Origin: a phage
Direction: 5' to 3' (one strand)
Length of the DNA: 64,000 nt
Sequence record: PZ534511.1
Shown here one piece after another: positions 45,824 to 55,490 of the stretch. Made by a program: the position numbers and the translations under genes. Each line of letters starts with the position of its first letter. Position 1 is the first letter of the stretch. The notes under the pieces were generated by a model. That model searched no databases, had not been told where the DNA came from, and saw only the letters and a program-made list of their open reading frames with translations.

Positions 45824-46188
45824 TATTTGTCTCCTTGTTCTTCGTTAGTGTTTGCCGTATGTGCAAACCCTGCTTGAATTAATTTGTCCTGAACTTGAGC
45901 CAACAGCCCCATTGCAAAACTTGTAGTCCCAGAGAGGGCCATTAGCATATCTCGTTGTTGAGCTACCCAACCTAAGGCATAGTCCAAACGACGATATTTT
46001 TCTTCTTCACGCAGAGCCTGAAATAATTGTTCAGCCTCCGGTTGTTGTGTGAGCTCCTGAAGTCTTCCCATGAAAGAAGAAAGCACTAGCAAAAGAGACA
46101 CTTGATCTTTACTTAACCCTAAGAAAAATTCTTGAGGTTGTTCTTGCTCGTTCATTGCAACCGACGTTTGATCGTTCATTTGTTCCAT
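45823..46188 (-). CDS. hypothetical acidic protein
   Basis: ORF with GGAG RBS. Confidence 0.45.
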   Translation of the reverse strand: MEQMNDQTSVAMNEQEQPQEFFLGLSKDQVSLLLVLSSFMGRLQELTQQPEAEQLFQALREEEKYRRLDYALGWVAQQRDMLMALSGTTSFAMGLLAQVQDKLIQAGFAHTANTNEEQGDK

Positions 46189-46271
46189 TATGGAATCTCC
46201 GATTTTATTTGAACAACATAGAAGGAGACACTATTTTAGCATCCCCTTCTGCAAATTACAATAGGTATTTG

Positions 46272-46517
46272 TTAGCCAATCACTTCAAAAGTTCCCCAAT
46301 TCCCGTCTAGCAGGCAGGTGATCGGATCCCCATCGTCGTCAAAGATTTCAAAGTTTTCAGCATCCAGGATGTGGTCCTCGAACACAATACTCTCGTCGCC
46401 ACCACCAGAAATAACAGCGTATTCCTTACCTTGAGTCAAGTTTTGACACCCTTTGCCACCAAAACCTACTTCCACACAACGTACTTTCTGTCCTGCGCGA
46501 GCAACTGCTTCAGCCAT
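46272..46517 (-). CDS. hypothetical small protein
   Basis: ORF with AGGAG RBS. Confidence 0.45.
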   Translation of the reverse strand: MAEAVARAGQKVRCVEVGFGGKGCQNLTQGKEYAVISGGGDESIVFEDHILDAENFEIFDDDGDPITCLLDGNWGTFEVIG

Positions 46518-46534
46518 CTTAAGGTCTCCTGATA

Positions 46535-46837
46535 TTAATCGTCAAGTTCAAAATAGATTTTAACAGCTTCATCAAAGATTGGAATCCCGATGTTGTTGAT
46601 AAGCTGCCAAACTACCATATCTTTACCTGGGTCTGGGAGAATGTCAACCTTTCTCCATGCGCTGTATATCCAGTTTGGACCACCTTCTGCACTAACTGGC
46701 AGATTTTCACCAGCCTCCTGCAGATACTTATACAGCAAAAGATATTCTGGATACTCTAGAACACTGTCCTCTGTAGTATATAGCAGTTCACGGTATACTT
46801 TTAAAAACCCTGCTGGGGTGATGTTTTCAGTCTTCAT
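46535..46837 (-). CDS. hypothetical protein
   Basis: internal ATG with AGGAG RBS. Confidence 0.4.
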   Translation of the reverse strand: MKTENITPAGFLKVYRELLYTTEDSVLEYPEYLLLYKYLQEAGENLPVSAEGGPNWIYSAWRKVDILPDPGKDMVVWQLINNIGIPIFDEAVKIYFELDD

Positions 46838-47219
46838 TTGCTGCTTCTCCTGCATTCATCAGATCTGCCATAGCGTCACCCACGAAGAGAACAACCACAT
46901 CGTTGACAGCGTCAGCATCATCTTTATTGACGTTGCTGAATTTAGGACACACAGCAATGATCATATAGACACCGTTACCAACCTGAACTGTCCGTGTGGT
47001 GCACATCATGGCGGTATTTGTGCCTTCTTTGAAGGCGAAGCCTTGAAGACGCTCCTCTAAAGTGTTACCGGTAGATTTCAGAAGCGCCAGCTCGTCCAAG
47101 TCATAGATGATATCTCCGGAAGTTAGTGTTGCCTTGCCATCAGACACCATAATAACTCCATCAGCACCGTCAAGCTTAGAGGCTTCAAAGATATCAATAT
47201 CCCAAATATTTTTCATCAC
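46827..47219 (-). CDS. hypothetical protein
   Basis: ORF. Confidence 0.45.
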   Translation of the reverse strand: MMKNIWDIDIFEASKLDGADGVIMVSDGKATLTSGDIIYDLDELALLKSTGNTLEERLQGFAFKEGTNTAMMCTTRTVQVGNGVYMIIAVCPKFSNVNKDDADAVNDVVVLFVGDAMADLMNAGEAANED

Positions 47220-47476
47220 GCTTCCTCGTCGTCTAAGGAGTTGAAGATTTCACCGAAGTATTCTAAGACTTCTAGCTCCCGTGTGGTGCAGAAAACACAG
47301 TCACCGTTGTCATCCTCGATAACGGCCTCTTTACCCAGCACATCTACTTCAAGTTTATCGTTCAACAGGACGGCCCCTGTGTAAACTTTGTCAGCTGTGC
47401 AGTCCCGAAAAGCGGAGTCCTTCTCCAGATAGTCTGGCTTAACCTTGGCTTTAATTCGTTGATATTGTTTGGTCAT
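47216..47476 (-). CDS. hypothetical small protein
   Basis: internal ATG with AAGGAG RBS. Confidence 0.4.
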   Translation of the reverse strand: MTKQYQRIKAKVKPDYLEKDSAFRDCTADKVYTGAVLLNDKLEVDVLGKEAVIEDDNGDCVFCTTRELEVLEYFGEIFNSLDDEEA

Positions 47477-47539
47477 TGCTATGGTCTCCTTTTTCTTAGA
47501 TGGGGCCATTATATCTGGCCCCATCTTTCTTGTCAAGTA

Positions 47540-47794
47540 TTAATGTTCAGGTTTTACAAAAACCACTTCGTTAACGGTGCACCAGACAGAATCTCCTTCA
47601 TCATCTTTAAAGGTAAGGCACTGGGCTGAGTTTTCCAGCTCATCAATCTCTTCTTGTGATAAAGGAGCCCCTTCTTCCAAAAGGGCTTTTACTAAAGGGT
47701 TCTCACAAAACTCTGCTTCATAAATAGCACCAAGCGTGCAATCTTTAAAAGCTCGGTCATTTGCAACGCATGCTGGTTTCAACATGATTTTCAT
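47540..47794 (-). CDS. hypothetical small protein
   Basis: ORF with GAGGAG RBS. Confidence 0.45.
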   Translation of the reverse strand: MKIMLKPACVANDRAFKDCTLGAIYEAEFCENPLVKALLEEGAPLSQEEIDELENSAQCLTFKDDEGDSVWCTVNEVVFVKPEH

Positions 47795-47870
47795 TTTAGC
47801 AGTCTCCTCAATTATTTAAAAATCAACTCTCTGTTTGTGTGAAGCATCTTATATCTAATCTTACTTCTTG

Positions 47871-48242
47871 TCAATGACTATTTTCAATCAGCCACACAGG
47901 GTCGAGGTAAATTTGTTGGCGTGTTGCCCAATGACAAACTTCATTGTACGTCTGAACCTCTTTGTCTGTCAATTCACGAATAGGCTCATCTATACCCTCA
48001 TTTTTGTGGTAATCCCATTCTGCGTCTATCTCCCACAGCCATGACTTGTTGTCACCACGCTTACGCACACAGAAGTCACCAGGGCGGCCTGCCAGTGCAT
48101 TTAAGAACTCGTTCTCCACTCGCTCCTGGAGAATACTGAGGAGCAAAACGTTGGAGCATGATCGTAAAATATGCTTCAGCTCACAGTCATCGATCTCAAC
48201 TTCGATACGTTGTTTGACTGTGTGGGTACCTTTTACTAACAT
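47871..48242 (-). CDS. hypothetical protein
   Basis: ATG with GAGGAGG RBS (track ORF used TTG). Confidence 0.45.
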   Translation of the reverse strand: MLVKGTHTVKQRIEVEIDDCELKHILRSCSNVLLLSILQERVENEFLNALAGRPGDFCVRKRGDNKSWLWEIDAEWDYHKNEGIDEPIRELTDKEVQTYNEVCHWATRQQIYLDPVWLIENSH

Positions 48243-48252
48243 TCTACCTCCT

Positions 48253-48447
48253 CTAAACGAACTCTGCAAGGGTTGTGTTGTTCACTGCACCACAGTAAAT
48301 GGAGTATCCCAGCCCATTAGAGTGCAGAAACCACGGAGTGCCGAAATTATCTTTCACGTAGACATCGCCGTTGCTTGTAAAGGGCCAATATTCTTCACCA
48401 AGGGTGAAATACCTACTCATACCCTCAGCCAGATACTTTACTTTCAT
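48253..48447 (-). CDS. hypothetical small protein
   Basis: ORF with AAGAGGA RBS. Confidence 0.4.
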   Translation of the reverse strand: MKVKYLAEGMSRYFTLGEEYWPFTSNGDVYVKDNFGTPWFLHSNGLGYSIYCGAVNNTTLAEFV

Positions 48448-48671
48448 AGGTCCTCTTCAACAGCTACAAACTTGGCAAGCAGGGTGGTTCCGTAGATATG
48501 ATACTCACCGTTTGCCAGATGGGAGATAAACCAGGCAATCCCTTCCTCGTCTTTAATCATCTTGTTTGCACGATCTTTATCGTAATAAACCTCGTAGGTC
48601 TTTCCTTCTTTAAAGAAGGACAGGTCTGTCATCTTTTCTTCTACAAAAGTAGCTTTAACCAAAGTTGTCAT
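48444..48671 (-). CDS. hypothetical small protein
   Basis: ORF with AAGGAG RBS. Confidence 0.4.
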   Translation of the reverse strand: MTTLVKATFVEEKMTDLSFFKEGKTYEVYYDKDRANKMIKDEEGIAWFISHLANGEYHIYGTTLLAKFVAVEEDL

Positions 48672-48952
48672 TGATCGGTCTCCTTCTTGTTAAGTCTGAA
48701 TACTGCAATAATAGCATTCCCAAGGTGCAGTGTCAAATCATTTCCAAGATACCACAACATTCCACGGTCATCTTTAATGAAAGGGTAACAATCTGGTGCC
48801 TTCCAGACATTGTACACTTTCCCAACCTGAAAGAAATCAGGCCCTGTTGGGATTTTGGTGCCAGGCCACACTTGAGATACCTGAACACACTCCACCTGCA
48901 TAATAACAGGAATAGTCATGGATGTAAATGTTTTTGTTGGTTCTACTACCAT
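48668..48952 (-). CDS. hypothetical protein
   Basis: internal ATG with AAAGAGGAG RBS; avoids overlap with polymerase exon 2. Confidence 0.4.
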   Translation of the reverse strand: MVVEPTKTFTSMTIPVIMQVECVQVSQVWPGTKIPTGPDFFQVGKVYNVWKAPDCYPFIKDDRGMLWYLGNDLTLHLGNAIIAVFRLNKKETDQ

Positions 48953-49001
48953 AAAAGTCTCCTCTTTGCTCAACAACACTTCCATGTGTTGATAGTTTAC
49001 A

Positions 49002-49355
49002 TTAGTGACAATCACCCCAATTACGACCACACAAGTATTCACCTGTGATCTGGAACGGGACTCCCATCATTTTAGAAGCTTGCCAGAAGCAATGCACCAC
49101 CATTTCACCCACAGGGCTCCAGATAAGTTCAAGCTTTCCGTCATCGTTCAGGATAGGATCGTACACCGTGTTTCCGTCTCTGTCAACCACTTCGTTTCCG
49201 TCCTCATCCTTGCGTGCCTTTTTGTACTTATGACCGTCGAACACATGAAGTTTGGCTTCCTGCTCTGCCTTAAATGCTTCCAATTCTTCAATTGTGTCGA
49301 AGGTGTACACAGTCTTATACTTAGGCGTGTCAGGGACCTGAAGTTGGTACTCATC
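49002..49355 (-). CDS. DNA polymerase (family A), C-terminal segment / exon 2
   Basis: begins DEYQLQV (completes motif C HDE) and ends GRNWGDCH-stop, matching family A C-terminus (Pol I ...NWDQAH); preceding ATG has no RBS. Confidence 0.6.
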   Translation of the reverse strand, partial: DEYQLQVPDTPKYKTVYTFDTIEELEAFKAEQEAKLHVFDGHKYKKARKDEDGNEVVDRDGNTVYDPILNDDGKLELIWSPVGEMVVHCFWQASKMMGVPFQITGEYLCGRNWGDCH

Positions 49356-50198
49356 CATCTGTTCAGGTAGGTCGTTAAGCTACCCCGCACCATTACGTGC
49401 ATAGCCATACAGTTTCCTGTATGGATCGGACTACCTCACTGCCTTGGTAACAAGGCACCTCCCATTTCGACCGCACTTGCTGGCCTACTCTACTCGCTTC
49501 TTCACACCAACCTGTGTTGGAGCTATGCTTTCGATAGTCTCTGAACGTTACTACCAGGTGTAGTTTTTAGAGATATGTTTCCACTGTCTTCTTTGCTTTA
49601 TAGCCCTGACGGTCTCATAAGGATATCCAAGATCCCTAATCTCGCATTGTCGTAGACCACTCTGCAACAGTTCGCAAATCTCTATTACCTCATCTTCTGT
49701 CAGCACAGCGTTGGCATTATACTCACCAACTGGCCTTACTCTGAGGTCATTATCATAGGCGTGCTTGATATTTCCACCAGGGGTGGTCCATTCCAGGTTC
49801 CAGTATGCATTGTTGTACTTATTCCCATCCTTATGGTTCACCCATGTGAGCCTTTCAGGATCCGGGTTTGATACAAAGCATTCAGCAACCAGGTGGTGGA
49901 CACCTTTTGTGCACTGCTTCCCCTCGATTAGCATGGTTACGCAAAGGTAACCTCTACCATTATCAAAACAAAACATTGTTGTATGATCACGTTTCGATAA
50001 AGGTATTGTTCCATCATCAAACACGGTATACCCGTGATAATCAGCTGTTCTAGCCATTTTAACTACACCCCTTTAGTCTTCGCTGCGGATTAGCATATTG
50101 AGCTTTTACCATACTCAGGTGTAAAAGTCAACTTAGCTTTCCCGTCAATTAAAGAGGTTATTCGACATAGATCACTCTATGAAGCCACAATGTTATTT
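49356..50198 (-). mobile_element. putative group I intron carrying an HNH homing endonuclease ORF
   Basis: interrupts polymerase exactly within motif C; exon ends in U, insertion ends in G; HNH ORF with own RBS; GC-rich structured 3' segment. Confidence 0.5.
49551..50057 (-). CDS. HNH homing endonuclease (HNH_3 type)
   Basis: LTWVNHKDGNKYNNAYWNLEW HNH_3 core; located inside polymerase insertion. Confidence 0.75.
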   Translation of the reverse strand: MARTADYHGYTVFDDGTIPLSKRDHTTMFCFDNGRGYLCVTMLIEGKQCTKGVHHLVAECFVSNPDPERLTWVNHKDGNKYNNAYWNLEWTTPGGNIKHAYDNDLRVRPVGEYNANAVLTEDEVIEICELLQSGLRQCEIRDLGYPYETVRAIKQRRQWKHISKNYTW

Positions 50199-52622
50199 AT
50201 GGTAATAGATAATACGACGGACACCTTCATCGTACCACCCACGCTTCACCATTTGGTGGTGCATGAGTATCCCAACTAAGTCACACAGCGATGCACCACC
50301 ATTCTGTTGGTATGCATTAAGTAAAGAGTGTTTAGATCGGGTCCAGATAGCATGACCATCAAAAGAGTAGATAAACTTCTTACCCGTTGCTTCCCAGAAT
50401 TTCTCCAGATCCTCTTTACGCCCCTTAAGACCAGGGTTGGCATCCCAAAGTGCATCGATTACCCTTTGTCCCAACTCTGGAGAGATGTCCAGCATATCTG
50501 CAACTTTATCTTTTTGTGCCCCGTACATAACCCCATACGTGATAGGTTTACCGTCGTTACGAGACACCTCTCTGCCTGCTACTTTTGTATATGCCTCAGC
50601 ATTGTTTTGGTGTGCGTCCCCGTTACTTACAACATCATAATACAAGCCGTTGTCGAACTCAAAGGCACCCCAAGCCCCGATAAGCTGCTCTAAGTTGGAC
50701 CCGTCAATACCGATCTGAAAGTATCCAGGAGGAACACCCCACAGACTACGCATCTCTTTACCCATAACCACTTTAGGAGATGGTTTAGGCATGTTTGCAC
50801 AAATACTGTGTTTCTGTCGTGAAGTGTTTGTTAACCCAGAACTTTTAGCAGGAAGCTTATGGTCAATCTTCAAACGTGGGTGATTAAGAAGACCAGTATC
50901 AACCTTATCCTCCTTGATTGGATCAAGGACCGATCTGCGGTTTCGCAATGATAACCACAAGACGATATCTTTAGCCATCTCTCCGTTCAATTTTTCAAGA
51001 TTCGGGCATAGGTGTCCAAACGTATCTTTCAGTTGCGGAGAAGTAATAAGTGCCCTAGCTTTTCTACGTATTTTCCCGAATACTTCCTTTTTAATCCTTT
51101 CGGAGTTAGGAAAGCTTCGGAACTTGTGCACGGTTGTCTGGAACTTAGCATCAGTTTTGTTCCAGAAGTTGATAATCAGGTCACAATACTCTGACTCTAA
51201 AAGCTCGTCCATATATGCATATACTCGTGCATCAACATCTGCATCAGGTAGAGCTTTCTTCTTGCTGTCTTTAGTTACATCCTTAGTTCTCCACATTGTC
51301 GGAAGCCAACCAGCACTGATCAGGTATCGCTTAATGTCGTCCTGGTTGCTGATTTTCATAGGTATCTTGCAGTCCGGCATTCGCTTCTGCTGTAGATCAC
51401 TTATTGCCTGATCCATTAGCTCTTTAGGTAAAGGTTGTGGTGTGGAGGTGCCCTTAATATAGCCTCTCAAGAAATCAGCCATCTTATCGGGGTCTTTGCA
51501 GCCCATCTCTTCACACCATTTTATCCCTATCTTACTGACATCTCCTGTAGAGGTAAATGCTCGCTTAGGTGGGGCTTTGAACTCTAAAGCGCTCATGTCT
51601 ACAGGGTAGCCAAGCTTATCTTTTAACCATTTCCAGCCATTATTGGAAATTGTCCCATCTTGGTTGAACGGCTTTTCAGGGAATTTAGGCCGCTGAGATA
51701 TTGATAACTCTTTTAAAGGAAGTTGAGGTTCAACACGATCAGCGATCTCTTTCATCCACGCATCACAGCGGTCACGTAAAGCAATAGCCCCGTCTATGTC
51801 GAAATACACACCCTGACGGGCCTGCAGCTCCATCAGGAAGTGCTGCAGCATGCCTCGGCGTAATGCGTTCTTCCAGGTGATCTTCTTGAACCCTTTCGGC
51901 TTCTCTTTGGCAGGATCGTACATAAAGTTCTGCATGTCAGATTTGCCGTAGAATACACCTTTTGATTCCGCTACCAGCTCTTTCCAGAGCAGCTCCTGGA
52001 TGATAACGTCCTCGAATACACGATCCACATACTTCCACAACGGAAGATCGCGCCAGTCATCAATTTGAACTTTCTGGTTACCAAGGGCGTAGCCCCATGC
52101 CATAAGGCCGTGAGGACCAACAGGCTGCATTTTCTTAGTAACCGGGTTGAATACAGAGTCCGGACAACCTTTTGGTAAAGGGCGATCAGGCCACAAAATT
52201 CGACTCATCGCCAACGTATCAAACAGGTTAACCTGGTGGTCGTTGATAGTCCCCATGCATTTAGGATCACGGAACATATCAAAATGAATACCGGATAATC
52301 TTTCCATCAGCATAAAGTCATAACTGTAGCAGTTATGGCAGTTCAAAGCTGTTGGTGACCAGTCGGAATTGCCTGTAAGCCAACCTTCCAACTCCGAAAA
52401 ATCTGCTATGCGAACTTCAAAATCTTTATAAAGAGTTTTCTTTGCCAGAATGAAGTTCTTGGCCTTTTCTATATCCTCCTCGGAGTAGTGTGTGCGGTCA
52501 TTTAGAGGAAGGAACAGCATAAAACGGTTCTTATTCAGCTCTTTAAACAGACCGCAGTGATAATAAAGATCTGGGTCTTCCAAAAGCCCAGAGGCCTCCA
52601 GATCGAAGCACCAATTACTCAT
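50199..52622 (-). CDS. DNA polymerase (family A), N-terminal segment / exon 1
   Basis: Exo I FDLEASGL; motif A-like GIDGSNLEQL; motif B-like RNDGKPITYGVMYG; ends ...RRIIYYH just before expected HDE. Confidence 0.8.
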
Positions 52623-53353
52623 ACTGTCCCCTCCTGTTTCTTCTCAGCATTCTTTCTTGCAGCTATTGCATCGTCCCTATTCTTGAAATACCCAAGGCAT
52701 TTCCTTTTACCATCTACATAAATTCTGGCTACCCATCTTTCATGGGTTTTATCCCAATTCACCCCTGAGCAACCGCTGGTATTATTATACTGCACGGCTC
52801 TTCCACTCTTGTGCGAAAAACCATTATCTTCGAAGAACTTTCTTGCCCACTCTGCCTCTTCAAAAGTTCTGTACTGGCCTAGCCAGACCCTTTCCCCTAC
52901 AGAGTCTGTGCCTTGAGCTATCCATGCATCTCTTTCTTCAGAATAGTGCACCCCGACCCTGCCAGATTTGTTGTTGCTACGAGGTATCTTGCAACTTTTC
53001 TTTTTGTTATCTGTGGGCTCGAGTAGTTGCAAATTTTGAATACTGTTATCAGCCACACCACCTGTTTCCCTTATCTCCTTGATGTGGTCAACCTCATACC
53101 CTTCCGGTACAGGGCCGTTAAACATTTCCCAGATTATGACGTGGGCACCTTTAGTGCAATGCTTTCCTAGACTAACTACAGGCCTGCCATCAGCATCTTG
53201 CCCCTTGTCAGCTCTGGAGCCTGCTGAAGTTTTAACATATCCTACACCGCTACCTGCCAGAATGTCTATCTTCCAAAAAAGATTTTGACCGTCATACTCC
53301 AGTATCTCTGACCACAGGTGGTTGGCTACACAGTGGTCTCTGAACTCGTTCAT
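52619..53353 (-). CDS. free-standing HNH endonuclease with two AP2-like DNA-binding domains
   Basis: EVDHIKE...NSIQNLQLL HNH core; two RVGVHY/SGVNWD...W.A.I...G AP2-like repeats. Confidence 0.7.
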   Translation of the reverse strand: MNEFRDHCVANHLWSEILEYDGQNLFWKIDILAGSGVGYVKTSAGSRADKGQDADGRPVVSLGKHCTKGAHVIIWEMFNGPVPEGYEVDHIKEIRETGGVADNSIQNLQLLEPTDNKKKSCKIPRSNNKSGRVGVHYSEERDAWIAQGTDSVGERVWLGQYRTFEEAEWARKFFEDNGFSHKSGRAVQYNNTSGCSGVNWDKTHERWVARIYVDGKRKCLGYFKNRDDAIAARKNAEKKQEGTV

Positions 53354-53411
53354 AAAGTGTTCTCCTTAAAGGGGAGGCGGTTGTACTACCCCTCCCACTC
53401 TTTGTTAAACA

Positions 53412-55490
53412 TTAAAAAGGTGTTTCATCATCTTCAAAACCGGGGACCGGATCAGAAGATGGATCATCGTACTGGAGGTCTTCCTGCGTGTCAACAGGCT
53501 TAATAGTAGGAGTTACAACCTTATCAGCTACAACCTTGCCCATAGGTGTTTCTACAACTGCATGCTCTTGGTCCTCAAACATGGCCTGAGGTCTCCAAAC
53601 AACCTCCCCACCTTCTCCGTCTGTAAACATCTGCATTTCTTTGTCCCAGTACCAATTACTGGCATCATGGAACTTACCTGTATGTGGGTCCATAACCAAA
53701 GTATCCGCAATACCCAATGTTTTTGCTGGACGGTTTTTAAGACCTACTAAACGGACACGACCACGAGAACGATCTACCATTTCTTCAGCCTCAACACCTA
53801 TGACTACCCAACTCAACTGTTCAAGCCCAGCCGATCCTCGCAAATTCTCTTTTCGCACAGGATACCAGAAAGGTAACGGGTTACCATCCTTGTCCTTAGG
53901 AGGCACAATCTCTGTACGTTTGAGGTGAGCGATCACTAGGATAAACACGTTAAACTGCTTACAAAACGCAGCCAGTTGGGTCATAGCCATGTCCAGCTCT
54001 TTTCGCTCATCCTTAACATTAAGCCCTGAAATTACCATGGACAGGTGATCCAGCACAATATAACGGCAATGGTACAGGCAAACCATTTGCTTAAGCTTGG
54101 TAATCAACTCGTCCACCGGAATAGATCCGAAATGTTTGAACACTTTGATTTTTCCAGCTTTTGCCCATGATTGGTGAATCTCTGCGTGTTCTTGATCAGT
54201 TAAAAACTGGCTAGGATCTTCAACAAACTCTTTAACATCAAACCCTAACTGGTTTGCATACAAGGAGTTAATTGCTTCCTCTGGGTCCTCCTCAAGATGA
54301 ATCATGCATAGACGATCATCCTCTTCGTAATCATCAGCCTTTGGACATGTCGGGTCCATTAGGTATCTTGCAATACAGTGTTCCAGTTTTTTAGCTACAG
54401 TTGTTTTACCGCCTCCTGATGGACCTGTAAGCATTACAAGTGTCCCTTTGTGCAAGCCTTTCAGCATTTTTTGCAGTTTTGGGAACTCTGCGCTGATATC
54501 TACCCCGTTGGAAGTCTTTTTCCGCAAAGATTCGATAGAGAAGTCTTCTAAATCCGACACAGCATCCGGCACATACTTAACAGGATGCCGGAACATGTTT
54601 ACAATATCTTCCAGCTTTTTAGCCTTCAGCATGTCACGGATATCTTTTACACCATCAGGGTCGTTTACCTCGCCAGGATATTCCACGTGGTAAACGTTAT
54701 CAGCCATCAAAAATGCTGCGATATTATGTGTGGCTTCAACACCTTTGATAACGTGTTTTTGCTTCTCTATCTCGTTAGCTGCATCGTTGTCCATTGCAAG
54801 GACCACTGTTCCGTAGCTACGGATAAATTTCTCATTGTTTGCAAAAGTATCTACTGCGTTTGCACATCCACAGTTAATTCCAACAAAAGGTAGGCAGGGT
54901 TTTCCTGCCAGATCACCACCGTTGATAACTGCGTCGATCCCGTCCTGGACCTCTTTAGCCCACTGCTTCACTTTTGCCGGGGCTTTAGCGTTGGTGAGAA
55001 TCCCTTTTACTTGTATCTGATATGCAGCCTGCCATGCTGCAATAACATCACCTTCTCCCTCACAAACGTTAATCTGCTTACGGTTGTTGGAAGATGCACA
55101 CAGCTTTTGACCAAACATCTGGGAGTTAGCCTTCACTATGCCTACTACAGACCAGTGCCCTTTCTGCTCTTTCGGCTTAGTCCAGTCACGCTTTTTGAAA
55201 CCGGACAGATTTCCGTAGCGGTCGTAATATGGGAAATATGTTGCAGTGACTGTCACACCATCTTCTTGGGACAATGCTGATCGCACACCAAAATATTGTG
55301 CAGCCATCAGACCGATATTTTGTTGTGGGACAGGGACAATTTTAGTATTTTCTAAAACAGTCTCTACAGTTTCAACCTCTTTTTCATCACGATAGTCTCG
55401 TTTCATACTACCCCCACTTTTGTATCTTGTTGCAACCGGGTTTGGCTCACCGAAACGGTTGTATGCAGATGCCATAAATTTACTTCCCAT
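53412..55490 (-). CDS. primase-helicase (T7 gp4-like: TOPRIM primase + DnaB-family helicase)
   Basis: TOPRIM VCEGEGD and MDNDAANE; Walker A GPSGGGKTT; acidic C-terminal tail ending ETPF. Confidence 0.8.
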   Translation of the reverse strand: MGSKFMASAYNRFGEPNPVATRYKSGGSMKRDYRDEKEVETVETVLENTKIVPVPQQNIGLMAAQYFGVRSALSQEDGVTVTATYFPYYDRYGNLSGFKKRDWTKPKEQKGHWSVVGIVKANSQMFGQKLCASSNNRKQINVCEGEGDVIAAWQAAYQIQVKGILTNAKAPAKVKQWAKEVQDGIDAVINGGDLAGKPCLPFVGINCGCANAVDTFANNEKFIRSYGTVVLAMDNDAANEIEKQKHVIKGVEATHNIAAFLMADNVYHVEYPGEVNDPDGVKDIRDMLKAKKLEDIVNMFRHPVKYVPDAVSDLEDFSIESLRKKTSNGVDISAEFPKLQKMLKGLHKGTLVMLTGPSGGGKTTVAKKLEHCIARYLMDPTCPKADDYEEDDRLCMIHLEEDPEEAINSLYANQLGFDVKEFVEDPSQFLTDQEHAEIHQSWAKAGKIKVFKHFGSIPVDELITKLKQMVCLYHCRYIVLDHLSMVISGLNVKDERKELDMAMTQLAAFCKQFNVFILVIAHLKRTEIVPPKDKDGNPLPFWYPVRKENLRGSAGLEQLSWVVIGVEAEEMVDRSRGRVRLVGLKNRPAKTLGIADTLVMDPHTGKFHDASNWYWDKEMQMFTDGEGGEVVWRPQAMFEDQEHAVVETPMGKVVADKVVTPTIKPVDTQEDLQYDDPSSDPVPGFEDDETPF

